The notes under the pieces were generated by a model. That model did no database searches, was not told the origin of the DNA, and was given only the letters and a program-made list of their open reading frames with translations. Positions 14,401 to 27,043 of a stretch of 64,000 bases of DNA are shown piece by piece. The stretch lies in assembly GCA_964187785.1 (NCBI GenBank), contig OZ076413.1, forward strand, positions 46,254,001-46,318,000, written 5' to 3'. Positions within the stretch are counted from its first letter, which is position 1. Each line of letters begins with the position of its first letter. Source of the DNA: Amphiscolops sp. MND2022. Lineage: Eukaryota. Position numbers and translations under genes: made by a program.

Positions 14401-15217
14401 GGTTTCTACGGTACTTTTTTAAGCAAGGAATATTTATAGGTTTTCTTCTGTTGTCATTACATTTTTCCCCAAAATGAGCACCCTGTTACTTCACCAATAG
14501 TTTAAATAGGATGTTTCATCATATCATATTTATAAATAGAATCTTGCATGACGTAAAATACCGCCATCTGATTGAGTACTATATAATCATTCCGCCTGCG
14601 TTTTATGTTGATGAAATTAAAGGGAATAAACGGTATGACTTACTCTTTTTTTTACTTTTCGCACTATGCTGGAAGGGTACGAATGGTTACAAAAGAGTCA
14701 TACTACTAAATGTCACATTCAACGTTTTGAAGGAAAAAAATTGTTTTGCATTATGCCTCAAACTTAGTTTGGCAGTTGAGATGAATGGTTAAGTTCCACA
14801 TTTCCTAATGCTTCATAAGGGTTTCACATAATTTCGTCATTTCAAAGTTGACTGCACAAAGTGGTACTATGCAAAAATTAAACAACTAACTTGTAATTCA
14901 CGTTGATTTATATGTAGATCAGCATTATTCGCAACGTTTATGTGACACTAAAATCATATTTGAATTTACATGACACAAGTTTCATAAGGTTACAAGTTTT
15001 TAAATGAATGTTTTGAAGACGGGATGTTGTATTTGCCGTCATCGCTGCACTTCGGACTCGACGCAAGTTCTAGGCTGCGACAGGCTCCTTCTGATTTGAG
15101 CCTTTTCCAAAATAAAATCAGATATCTCAATATACTGGTGAGCATAAATAAGCACTTGAAGCAAAATTTTGAAAAGGCTAAAACAGGAAGCTGAAAAACT
15201 AAATTTTTCACGCCACC

Positions 15218-16270
15218 ATGAAGATTTTCAATTCAATTCTAAAACTTTATCACAATTTAAAGTTGCAGTCACTAAAAATAGTCTGTTTTTCGTGTGAAAA
15301 TAGAAGCGAAATGATCGGTGCAATTAGGTTTGGTGCAACTTTTGACCAGGTTTCTGCCAAATACGGATGTCAAAAACGAACAGTTAAGAACACTTGGCAG
15401 CGCTATTTATCAACCGGGTTGTTTCGAGATAGGCACAGACCGGGACGACCAAAGATTTTCTCAGTGCGAAACGAAAGACGAATTATTAGAAAACATAAAG
15501 AAAACCCAATTTTGACAGCGGTTGAGTCCGGCGACCAATGGGCCGTTAGCAGGTTTACTGTTGGCAGAATACTCAAAAAGTATGGTCGACAATGCAGAAA
15601 ACCCCACAAAGTGCCTGTAATTAGTCAACAAAACAAAAAATGCGACGCCTTTTTGCAGACTAAACTAGAAGCTGGAATCAACAATGGAAACAAATCTTAT
15701 GGTCAGATGAGAGTAGGTTTTGCTTGCACCAGCATGATGGTCGGGTCAAAATCTATCGTCAACCTAAACCCGATATGCAAAAAGGAATCAACTGCAGTTT
15801 GATTGCTGGAAAATCGGAGGAATAATGGTTTGGGCCGGAATTTCTTACAACTACCGTACCAATTTAGTCTTTATAGAAGGTCCAATATCCTTTCAACCAA
15901 TACATTGACGAAGTCCTAGTACCCGAAGTAGTCCCGTTCTTGCAATCCAACCCAGAAGTTTGGACCTTCCAACAGGATAATGCGTCTCCGCATTCTGCTG
16001 AGATCACCAATTCTCGGCACAAAACGATATACGCACCCTTTCCTGGCCACCAACTTCACCTGATTTGTCGCCCATTGAGCATGTATGGGATCAACTTAAA
16101 CAGTCCTTGCGAAGAACGGAACCCTTGCCAGAAATACAACCGAGCTTAAAGACGTGCTAAACTATCTTTGGCTAACCTACCCACAAAATTCGATAAGAAA
16201 GCTTATTTATTCCATGCCAAGACGAATTATGCAAAGTATCCGAAAAAGAGGTGGACCGACCAGCTTTTAG
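15218..16270 (+). pseudogene. Tc1-family (DD34E-type) transposase relic
   Basis: HTH region with GRPKIFS, then WSDESRF, IMVWAGIS, FQQDNASPH and SPDLSPIEHVW across shifted frames. TIRs not identified. Confidence 0.9.
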
Positions 16271-16713
16271 ACTCAGTTTGTCGACATTGTTGTGTTTTAT
16301 TGTACTTAAATCTGTTATTTGATATTCAAGCGCATATTTTTGCTTAGCAGAATATATGCATCAGGTACCAATTGGATTCAGCTGACCGATTGTTTCGTCG
16401 CTGAAATCTGTGGAGTGCTTTGACAAAAACTAAAAATACAAAGAAAATTTTTGCAAGTTGAAAAACATTGCTGATTCATTGTATGTTGATTCAGTGAATC
16501 GGATTCAAACTTACAAGATATAAGAAAACAAGGGAAATCATAAACTGAAGGATCAATTATGCCTTTCCACAACTGTTGTAGAGAATTGCCTGATCAACCG
16601 AGCTCGCAAATTGTGGAATTCAATTAAAATCTTTTTAAAGTACTCCTCATAGGTATTCCACTGCAAAAGTTAAATCAAAAGAACCTTCATTCCAACTCTT
16701 CGTAAATGATAAA

Positions 16714-16887
16714 TGTCGCATCCATCAAGATGCGATGGTTCCGTGGTGCAACTTTGAAGAGGAACGGACGATAGACTCATTTCAACAAACTCTCTAAAAC
16801 TCTGATGAACCCGTTTTATATGATGTCTTAAAACTCAATGTTGTTTAGTCTCGAAAGTCATGTAAATATGATATTTATAATATGGTT
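16714..16887 (+). repeat. Element C 5' LTR, first part (up to the B insertion)
   Basis: Near-identical to 59773-~59944; resumes at 47482. Confidence 0.95.
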
Positions 16888-17959
16888 TGTGATAATCCTC
16901 TTGTGTACGGTCTTCATTAATGACCACAGAGTCATTTAAATCGGTGTTTTGTATGCTCAAAGGTTGCATTGGCGTTCTTAGTTCGTTTAAATTAGATGGC
17001 CTGAAAGGATTACCCTGTATCTCGCATTCTTGATTTTCTGGTCCAGATGCGTTTTCTTCACCGTCTTCATTACTTATGTGTTTTGAGGTTCCTGCTCTGG
17101 GAGTGTTTTGTTCTCGATATCTTCTGTTCGGTACGGATTGTGTTCTTCTGTTATTTTTCATCTCTTTCAGTATTTTCTCTAATTTTTCATCCATTTCTTT
17201 TCTTAAGTTTGTTACTTCTTTGTTCGTTTTATCTGTTATTCTTTGGGTCCAAATTTGCATTTCGTTTTCATTTTTAGTTCCGCTGTCTAGGGCTATTTCT
17301 TCGTCCCTAACTGAACTAACATTTTCAAAGTTACTTAAAGTCTCAATAACAGTTTCATTACCTTGTGATGTCTCTATTTCTGATGCACTCAACTCTCTCT
17401 CAAGTGAGGGTGATTGTCCTCGTCTAGATCTCCTATTTCTCTTGTTTCCCATCTTGGCCAGATTAAAATGCAATGTTGGAGAGAAGAATTTTAATTAAGT
17501 TTGAGGAACAAAGTGAAATTGGGTTGAAATGAGATTGAAAAAAATGTGCATAACGTTGAATTATTGAAGTTGAAAACAAAGATTGTGAAGATAGAAAGAG
17601 AGGTCTGATCAGTCTGGGAGTTTTTCTGTCAAATGAATATTATCGGGTTCCTTACTCTCCTTTTTAATTTGGGCTATATTTAGCAGCATGTCAAAGTCCA
17701 TACGTACTAATGCATCATACAAATCACGTATAATTTATTCATTTCACTACAAATCATGTTGAGTGGTATTATACGTCAAATATGTTAATACCTTGTAACA
17801 TTTAGTGAATTGTTTATGAATGGGTAATAATTTGCGAGCACAGTTAACTATAATGACAAACAATTTTAAACGATGCTGGTGTATAAAACTCATATATGAA
17901 TGCATGTAAAACAAGCTTCAAGAAGTAATGAGTTTTCTCCAGTTTGAAATAATAGATGG
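16888..17959 (-). repeat. Element B 3' LTR, main part
   Basis: Matches 45969-~47417 except that the ~375-bp block 46774-47148 is absent. Confidence 0.95.
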
Positions 17960-19087
17960 TGTCATGCCCGCCAAGCATGAAGAAATGAAATAAACTCTAA
18001 AACAATAATCCTTACATCAAACTCCCTAAAATACAGATCATCATGTAAATACATTGCAGTAATTTATTAGCTAAACATTACAGTTGGCTATATGACAACT
18101 GAAACTAGCAGTCATCAATACTAAATTCATTCATGTTATGGTGCATCGTTTAAAAGCTAAAACTGAAATATCCAGTTATTTCCATATTTACGACTGAAAC
18201 AATCAGTCATCATCCACAGTGATAGTGCATCGTTTAACCATTCTTTATCCATTTTTTATATTACATATAACGTACTACCAGAACAATCAATCAGTCATAG
18301 TCATAACAATCCATTCACTTAAACCACAACATTTCGTTCATTTATATCAGTATTTCGTGCAATATCCATTAGTAAATTACTTCAAACGGTAATTAGAGCA
18401 GTCACCACGATGATAAGAACACTCAGTAGTAAAGCCTCAATATGAGAGATATTTTGAAATAATTACGTGCTAAGATGACTGGTGCTTGCGGACATACTAG
18501 ATCAAACATACGTAATTGAGCATCGATTATCACCTGCAACGACTGTGGCTACCAGTCGTCAAGTGCAATTAGCAGGTTGAACGCCATTGGCTAAGAGGAA
18601 AGGTGCTAACACACTTCCATAATTGTACTATCGGGTAAAACCGAACAACACACACGAATTGTAACTTTTGACGAGATAAGTTGCTTACCACTGTATCTTC
18701 TTATCATCATTCCAATTCATACCATTATACCATTTCAAATTTAACTTAAAACCTTTTGGCTTTTCATGGTAACTACCAGATCTCAAAGTAATCGTGACAA
18801 GCAAATAGAAACGCAAAATATGGATAGATCTAGTGACAGTGAAAGCGATGCTAGTTTCCCAGATGTGTTATCCAGAGACCAAATTGAGAATCTCGATTCC
18901 GAAGATGTATTAACTAGACATCATGGTAATCATAACAATAGTGTCGATCAACGTTTTAATGAGTTAAATAGACAAATTGGAGACCTTACAAGTATAGTCC
19001 TTACCTTAACAAACCAGATTGCCTCCATTAACGGAGAAGGGAACAGACCGAACATAGCAACTACAAGTGCTAACAGTCGTTCCGACA
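17960..19087 (+). repeat. Element A 5' LTR
   Basis: TGTCATG...CCGACA; direct repeat of 32156-33283. Confidence 0.97.
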
Positions 19088-20304
19088 TGGTGACAGGAGT
19101 TACGAACCCACGACCATCAGGTTCCCGGACAACACCACCCAATGGGACACCACAAAGTAACTCCAGCATTCCGCAGATAGCTGATGTGATGACAGAAATC
19201 CACCATCTCCGCAGCACAATGGGAGAAACATTAACCCAACCCAAAATCCTGCAGACCCAAGTACCCCTATTCAAAGGAAATCGAGACAAGTACAACGAAT
19301 TTGAGCATTTATTGCTCAACCACCTACGCCCTCACGCACACAAGCTGACTGAGGAACAAAAACTCAATTACTTCCAGAGTCTGCTCAGAGATGATGCAAT
19401 CGAGTTTTGGCAGACGCTACCAATAACAACAGAAACAACACTGAGGGACATACTAATGGCATTCAAGAAGGAATATGCGAAGGAAGAACTCTCTGAAGTC
19501 TCAAAATTCAAATTCGATCAGCTCCGATACGACCCGACTACCGAGTCATTCAGTACCTTCCTTGCAAATTACAAGAAGATTGCCAAACAAGCATATGGAG
19601 ACAAGGCACAGGAAATCGTTCAAACCTTCCTGTTCGCCAAACTACCAATTCAGCTTCAAAATGAATTGGCAATCGCTGGAAAACACAACGCCAGTATCGA
19701 GGATATTAAAACGTTCGTTCAGAGGAGATGCCAGTATGCACAGTTGTTACCAAATCAACAACTCCTCCAACCATTCAACCAAGCTATCCAGACGCAAGAA
19801 GTCCCGACCAAGCCAGTTGTCCAGAAACAAAACACAAACGAGCGACCACCTATCAAGAAGAAATTTGATGGCAATTGCAGATACTGTGCAATTTACGGGC
19901 ACAAATGGGCCGAGTGCCGCAAACGATTACGAGACGAAGCAGCGGGCAACAACAACTCACCAGCGCAGAAAAAACCCGAACAACAAAACAACAACCACGC
20001 AGAGACACAAACAAAATACAACGTCAAACTGGTCTGCCAAATTTGCGGGTATACAGGCCACTCCGCAAAAGACTGCCGCTATAGAATCCCCCAAACTTCA
20101 GCGTATGGAAGTGTGCCCTACAATAGACAAACCACAACCGAGAATAGGGACTTCCGACGTGACTTCAGAAGAGCACAAAACAGCCCCTACCCAACCAATG
20201 AAATGAATGAGTTCACACCAGGGGAACAACAACATCAAACCAACGATGACTACTACCCACAGGACTTCACAGAAGCACCATCGAGCCAGCCAAAAAACTT
20301 CTAG
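18766..20304 (+). CDS. gag: Element A Gag (512 aa, starts inside the LTR)
   Basis: Intact ORF with a capsid-like core and two CCHC knuckles (CRYCAIYGHKWAEC, CQICGYTGHSAKDC). Confidence 0.93.
   Translation: MVTTRSQSNRDKQIETQNMDRSSDSESDASFPDVLSRDQIENLDSEDVLTRHHGNHNNSVDQRFNELNRQIGDLTSIVLTLTNQIASINGEGNRPNIATTSANSRSDMVTGVTNPRPSGSRTTPPNGTPQSNSSIPQIADVMTEIHHLRSTMGETLTQPKILQTQVPLFKGNRDKYNEFEHLLLNHLRPHAHKLTEEQKLNYFQSLLRDDAIEFWQTLPITTETTLRDILMAFKKEYAKEELSEVSKFKFDQLRYDPTTESFSTFLANYKKIAKQAYGDKAQEIVQTFLFAKLPIQLQNELAIAGKHNASIEDIKTFVQRRCQYAQLLPNQQLLQPFNQAIQTQEVPTKPVVQKQNTNERPPIKKKFDGNCRYCAIYGHKWAECRKRLRDEAAGNNNSPAQKKPEQQNNNHAETQTKYNVKLVCQICGYTGHSAKDCRYRIPQTSAYGSVPYNRQTTTENRDFRRDFRRAQNSPYPTNEMNEFTPGEQQHQTNDDYYPQDFTEAPSSQPKNF
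19088..19100 (+). promoter_or_regulatory. Element A primer-binding site (probably tRNA-Leu type)
   Basis: TGGTGACAGGAGT directly after the LTR; the same 12-mer follows the 5' LTRs of B and C. One mismatch from the TGGTGTCAGGAGT Leu-type PBS, so the tRNA identity is an inference. Confidence 0.8.
20292..20298 (+). promoter_or_regulatory. -1 ribosomal frameshift heptamer A AAA AAC (element A)
   Basis: X XXY YYZ in gag phase, one sense codon (TTC) before the TAG stop. The -1 frame is open into pol (LLEPRHPPDYYNNKVRN...). Confidence 0.85.
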
Positions 20305-23300
20305 AGCCACGTCATCCGCCAGACTACTACAACAACAAAGTGCGCAACACAAACAACTACTACTATACAAAAAACTACAAAACCCGGGCAACAGATCTTC
20401 GGCAGGATCAAAAACCCATGACTACAACTACCCACAAAACTACCAATGAAACGACTCATGAAGATGCGATGACTACCTCCGAACCGGCAAATGTGAACTT
20501 ACAAACGACTGAAGAAACACAGCACTCAAACTCGACCAAGACAACTGACTGTACAAGGAAAACAACAAACCGAAAGAAGGACGTGGCGATCCAGGTGTTA
20601 ACAGCAACACTTCAGTTAAACAAAAAGGACAAGATGTTATACGTCCCATTGCAATTCAGAGCATACGAGAACCATGGACTCCTCGACACGGGAGCAATAA
20701 GAAGTGCCATGTCAGAAGACGAACTCAGACGAATCTTGTCAGCTCATCCAGCAGCACTTCTTGAAGAGTACCCAGCACCGGACTTCAAAGTCCAAATTGC
20801 CAACGGGAGCTTCGTCCCAGTCCGGAAACAGGTATTACTCCGCTTTTTCATCGGTGGTAAAGTATTCGAGGAAACCTTTATGATTCTATCAACCATGGGC
20901 AACATCTTGATCGGAATGTCCTTCTTCAAGAAATACTCAGTGACGCTTGACCTTACCAATAACGTGGTCAAATTCCCAGACATTACCCTTCAACTTAAAC
21001 CAGAAAGAGGCCGATACAAAGTTCAGATGCTCGAACTACGCACATCGCAGAAGATAGTGATACAACCGGATCACCAAATCATGGTCCCCGTCATAGCAGA
21101 AAAGGACTTCGGGACAATCCAGGGCACTGTAGAAACCTTTCCAGCCTTTGAAAGGAAGACCCAACTACTAGTGTCCCCTGCTTTAACACAAATCACTCAG
21201 ATGAAAAGCCATGTCCAGATCACCATCCTCACCTGTCACACAATCACCCTCAACCCGAACACGACAGTGGCCACATTCAGAACAATGACTCCCAACCAGA
21301 CAAAGAACCTACAACCGATGTCAAACGAACAATTGACACTGATCACCAAATACCCAGACGAAGCTGATAATGTATTGAACCAGCTGTTCCAGGAGCCCGG
21401 CACCGAAACCAACCGCCGATGGTACCCAACACCGGAGACCTGTGATGACCCGTCCAAGTTGAACCGCATTGAAAGGCGGATATATGACGAAATCACTAAA
21501 CTCCGTGAGGAAGAGAAACTGGATCCAACAGCAGACGACAAACAACGCAAGGAGTTCCTTGCCAACTTCAAATGGTAAAACTCAATCCTGAATGAGCACG
21601 AACGACAACAGATTGAGAATCTCCTTGTGAAGTATAACAATGTGTTTGGCAGACACCGCCTTGACATAGGCATCAATACCGACTTCAAAATTAAACTCAC
21701 CCCGAAGCACGATGAGCCAGTCTACGCGCAGAGTTTACCCACACCCACAAATCTCAAAGACGACCTACTCGTCGAGCTAGCACTGATGCAGGAGTACGGA
21801 ATCATCACGACGTTGCCATACAGCAAGTATTCCTCACCAATATTCGCTCAGCGCAAACCTAACGGGAAACTCCGCATACTCGTGGACCTGCGCAGAATCA
21901 ACCACCTCCTGAAAAATGATTACAACCAACATAATCATCCAGTAACCACCATCGCCGACGCCGCCCAGCACATGGCAGGAAAAAACTATTTCTGCAAGCT
22001 GGACTGTTCGCAGGCGTACCACTGCCTGCAGATGGCGGACGAGCAATCCATACAACTTCTGGCATTTAACTTCGGCAGCCGCACATTCGCTTATTTACGA
22101 CTGGCACAGGGACTCAACCGATCCTTGTCAGCATTCAACAGCACAGTACGAGAATACGTTGATGCACTCGTGAAAGCAGACAAATGCGCGCAATATGTCG
22201 ATGACATTGGGATTGCTGCCCACACCGTTGATGAACTACTGTCCAACATTGAAGCTGTGTTCCAGCAAATCCAGAAAGCAGGATTGAAACTATCAATGTC
22301 AAAATGTGCGTTTGGCCACCCACAAATTGATTTCCTTGGGAGAAGCATCACATCAAACGGTGTCGCCCCACTCGAAGACAAAATTGATGACTTCCTCAAA
22401 AAGATCAAACTACCCACATCAGTCAAATCCCTCCAAAGGTACATCGGGTTTGTCCAGTTCTACAGGCAGTACATACCACGCCTGGCAGAAAAGCTCACCC
22501 CACTGTACAAACTGCTACAGAAAGATGTGAAATTCCAACTGAACCAACAACACAAGGACATCATTTTCGAGATTAACGAAAGCCTTGCCAAAGCTGCGAA
22601 ACTCTCACTACGCCTACCATTACCCGACAAACAACTTGTTATAATGTGTGACGCCAGTGAGCACGCGGCAGGATATGTCCTCCTGATAGAAGACTACACC
22701 GAAACTAACGACGGACCAATGAAGACGTACGCACCAGAATCATTTGGATCCCAACGATTCACGGAGGGCCAAATGTCACTTACAATGTACGCGAAAGAAT
22801 TCCTGGCGATGCATTTCGCATTCGACGAATTCGCACACATACTCTGGGGTGTCAAGAAACCAACAATTGTAATGACGGACAATAAAGCACTGACCCGTTT
22901 CTTCCAGTCCAAACGAATTCCCCCGAAGCTATGGAATTACTGCGATCAGACGCTTCAATTCGAATTCGTACTTGCCCATGTTCCTGGAACTGAGAATCCT
23001 GCTGCAGACTACCTGTCTCGTCTTGACATACGACCAGAGGAGAGAATCCACCTCAAACTCAACGACGAGATACCAGTTTTTCACGTCGAGATCGATCTGG
23101 CGTCACGAACACCGAAGCAGGACGAAGAAGAAGAAGAATACATACCTGATGACCAACAAACCACCACCACCAAACAAAATGAAGCCATCAACGCCATACT
23201 GGACCAGGTCCCCATATGCAGTGACGAATCGAGTGGACAGTTTCGTGAGAGGATAGAAACCATCCGTCATCAAATCACACCCATCATCACAGGGCAGCAT

Positions 23301-25123
23301 GACGAGATGACGTTCACCCGATCCAGGCGAAAGCTTCATGACAACGTGGTAAACCAGGTATGCCCCAATGGGGAGTTTCAAATCATCCAGGATCAACTCG
23401 TAAACTTTGACATCCAACGCATGATTAGAATTTTGAATCAAAAGGAAACCCTTCCTAATCATGTGAACTTTGAAAGTCAGTTTTTCCAAAAACTAGTCAA
23501 AAACAAGAAAAGACTTGAAGTAGTGAACAACGTTTTGTACAGGAACTTTTTCGATGGTACAGGTAAAATTAAGTGTAAGCAAATTGTCACACCTACTGAA
23601 ACTATCCAAAAAATCATCCAATCTTTGCACGATGAGCCTCTGCAAGGTCACCCTGGTTGTAATAAAATGCGCCACGAGCTACGTAAAAGGTACTACTCCC
23701 CGAACCTCTCTGAACTGGTACTGCAATACGTCTCGAACTTTCAGGACTGCATCCGCTCAAAACCAATCCGAAAAGCTGCAATCACACCACCACTCCAACA
23801 AATATATGACCCTTGTAACGGACCAGAAGACATACTAGAAATTGATTTAGTCGGTGAACTCCCACCCTCCAACGGATTCACACACATACTCACTGCATGC
23901 GACTACTTTTCTAGGTACCTCTTCGCAATACCTATCCGTAAACAGGACACAAAGTCGGTCGTAGAAGCACTTATGCAAATTTTTACACAACATTCCTACG
24001 TACCCAAGACAATCCTAACTGACGAAGGATCAACGTTCACAGCCCAACTGTTCAACTCCCTGATGGAGTCTGCCGGTATAAAAATCGCACACGCATCTGT
24101 CAAACACCCGCAAACGGTCGGAATGGTTGAACGTTCTCACCAGAGACTAAAGCAAATCCTTAAAATTAACATCTCAGCTGATTCACCACAATGGCATAAA
24201 TACGTCAACATGGCCGTAATGGCCCATAACACAACCTACCACCAGGCTATTCGATGTACACCCACTGAAATTTTCCACGAACGTGTTCCATTCATTGCCC
24301 TTGACGTCAAATTCGGAAACCCACTAACTGAACAACGCAACACTACCGACGTCACTGGGATACTCGATAACATGAACAAAAAATTCCAACAAACACATGA
24401 CAACATAATCGAAGCCTTCCACAAATACAAGAATTACTACGACCGAAAAGCGCAAGCTTCACCTCTGAAAGTAAATGACTTCACCTTTCTGCTAAACAAA
24501 AGACTGTCTCAACAATCTGACAAAATTCCATTCAAGGAATTCAAGTGGGAAGGCCCATACAAAGTGGTCAAAGTCTTGTCCAATTCAAATTACATTATAC
24601 GTAAGATTGGAACTCTTCGCACTCAATGCGTTCACAGAATGAGGCTCCGCCCATTTACACCAAACGCACCAATTGAAGACATTCAAGACAATACATCACA
24701 ATACTTTGAAGATCCCGACGCCCTCAACGAGCAGGAGTTGTTTGACAACCACCTACCCGATCACGTCCATGAACAACCACAACAAGCAATACCTGAACAA
24801 TCGGACTTCGAAGAACTACATGCTGACCATGGAATGATATACTACGAACGACAAAGCATAGAACCGATCAAAACATTTCCATACCTGAAAGCCAAGCTGA
24901 AACACAAGTACCACAAAAAGATACCGTTAGCACGAATAATTCTGAAACAAACAACAATGAATACCAAACAAATGACCACGCTCCACCGACATCACGACAC
25001 ACTATGTCTCGGTACGGACTCAGACACAACCCACAACCTACCACGTACCCTGACTTCCTGATGCACGAACTACATGGAACGCCTTCGCTTCAACAGCTGC
25101 TTCTGAAAAACAGAAACCTATAA
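20298..25123 (+). CDS. pol: Element A Pol (PR-RT-RNaseH-IN), with one in-frame TAA at 21576-21578 and a frameshift near the C-terminus
   Basis: LLDTGA, YVDDI, MCDAS/KEFLA/TDNKAL, an HHCC-like region, DDE core (IDLVG, TDEG, VERSH) and GPY motif. ORFs 20340-21578 and 21627-25061 share a frame. Confidence 0.93.
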
Positions 25124-27043
25124 AAACACACACCCATAATCACACTTATTAAACCAACGACTGCTAACAGCAGTCATCAACAGCCTTTTCATCTGACCGT
25201 AAAGGTAATTGTTTTACAATTACACCCTAGTACACCAAGCATTCAACAAACAATAGTGAAAATTCTGAACAACCTAGCAAACACTTCAATTAACATGATT
25301 AAACGACCATTCACTTCCGTCGTCGCTGTGTAAACTATCTAATTTATCAGCATCAATCACTAGCGGAACAAGCAAATAGTAAAGTAACGACTGCACACGC
25401 CTATCATTCCAACACTCGCGGTCCGGAAGTACATGTAACGCGCAAAAGTGTGAACGATAATTTATTCAATTCGCACCAAATTTACTACATCCACAACCGA
25501 AACTAAAGCAATTTGCTTAGAAAAATATCAATGCATAACTAACGAAGCGTGAACGAAAACAACGTTCCCTACAAATGCAACAAACTAACAGTGATGATCT
25601 GCTGCCTGGCAAACGTTAGGACAACATAACCAATACTCCACCTATTTCGCTTTAGACGCATAGTCCTGGCTGTGTGGGTGCGTCGTCAAAAAGCGTGCTT
25701 GTGTGGTTGGTCATACATACAGATGAAGGTTGCTCTTTAGCAACTGGATTCAGCGTTAGTTTTGCATAGGTGGTTCCGACGGGAATTCACCTTTTCCAAT
25801 GAACTGAACATCTAAACTAAAAACCAATCACTAAAAGCTAACAAAACGCCGGTAAGAACAAGAACTTAACAACTCCTGAAAGCAATGATCGCCCGGCCCC
25901 TTAAACGTAACCTAGGATGCGAAGGCTTCGCCTCATTAGGGAAAAGATTAAGGAGTACGCGGCCCCAAAAGGCTACTTAACGACGAAACCTAAACATGTC
26001 CATCCTTCTCAGCCTAACAACTTGGTACCACTGCAGTTAACATAACGTAAGAACTCGCGATCTCGACGACACACATCACGTGTGATGACGTCCCAGGACA
26101 CACATCAACGATGATGACGTCGCAAACACAGACCGCTGCATGTAATAAATCGAAACACACCAAAATACATGTAAAGTAGTCCCTAAAACTTATAACACGT
26201 AAAACTTACATGCATACCTAATAAGTCATGTATCAAGTCAAGGATCCACCCCTTGGGAATTCAGTCTTTGAAATGAGCGAGCTGCTCAGTCACGTACCTC
26301 GCGGCGCGGTGCTAAGGACCGAAAGCCACAGTCACCCTGTCTCGTTACCATTCTCGAGCATTCACTAACAACGCATAGGAGGACTTGACTTTCGAGTACC
26401 ATGCGCAGCACAGCTTGGCGCGTGAACAATTATTATGTCAGTGGTTACCGCGGTGACCACCATAACCAACATGAACTTTCCGAAAAAATTCACTTAAGAC
26501 GACGTAACAAATAGAGCGGAACGCCGCATGAAATTATAGCCAAGGTATGGGTAACCCCATACAAACACCCAAGAACGATAGAGGTAATTTAGCATCATGA
26601 ACATATATATACTCAAAAAACACGAGAAGTAAGAAACCGTTTAAAACAACCCTAGATTTCATGCACTACAGAAAAACAAATCGTTCCCAGACTAGATTAG
26701 ACCAACGAAGAAAAAATGACGAGTACATGCAGTCAATGCGAACACCGCAACATACAAAAAATTCATTTTTTTTACCACATACAACATGCAAAACACCATT
26801 GTAACACCTTAAATGCTCAGTACTACGGAAAACAAGAAAAGTTCACTATGATGGTAGAAACCACCAGGACCCAATTACTGAATGAGCTCAATACTAATAA
26901 ACAACAGCAAAATTCGGCAAAGTAATAATACAAAAAAAATCCACTAACAAACGCAATCATCCAAGTGATACACTAATAAAATAAATATCAAAAAGTTCAA
27001 GAAAATCTGCAAAACAAGTCTGCTTCAGTTTGAAAGGTTTCGA

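Noticed and set aside
20306..20587. Local 8-bp pairing GCCACGTC / GACGTGGC (20580-20587) as the frameshift stimulator
   Set aside because: Shorter than the 14-bp distal match, and I found no counterpart in B. It could still be a competing conformer.
21576..21578. In-frame TAA in A pol as programmed readthrough
   Set aside because: B has a sense codon at the equivalent place (NFDWSD), so a point mutation is more likely.
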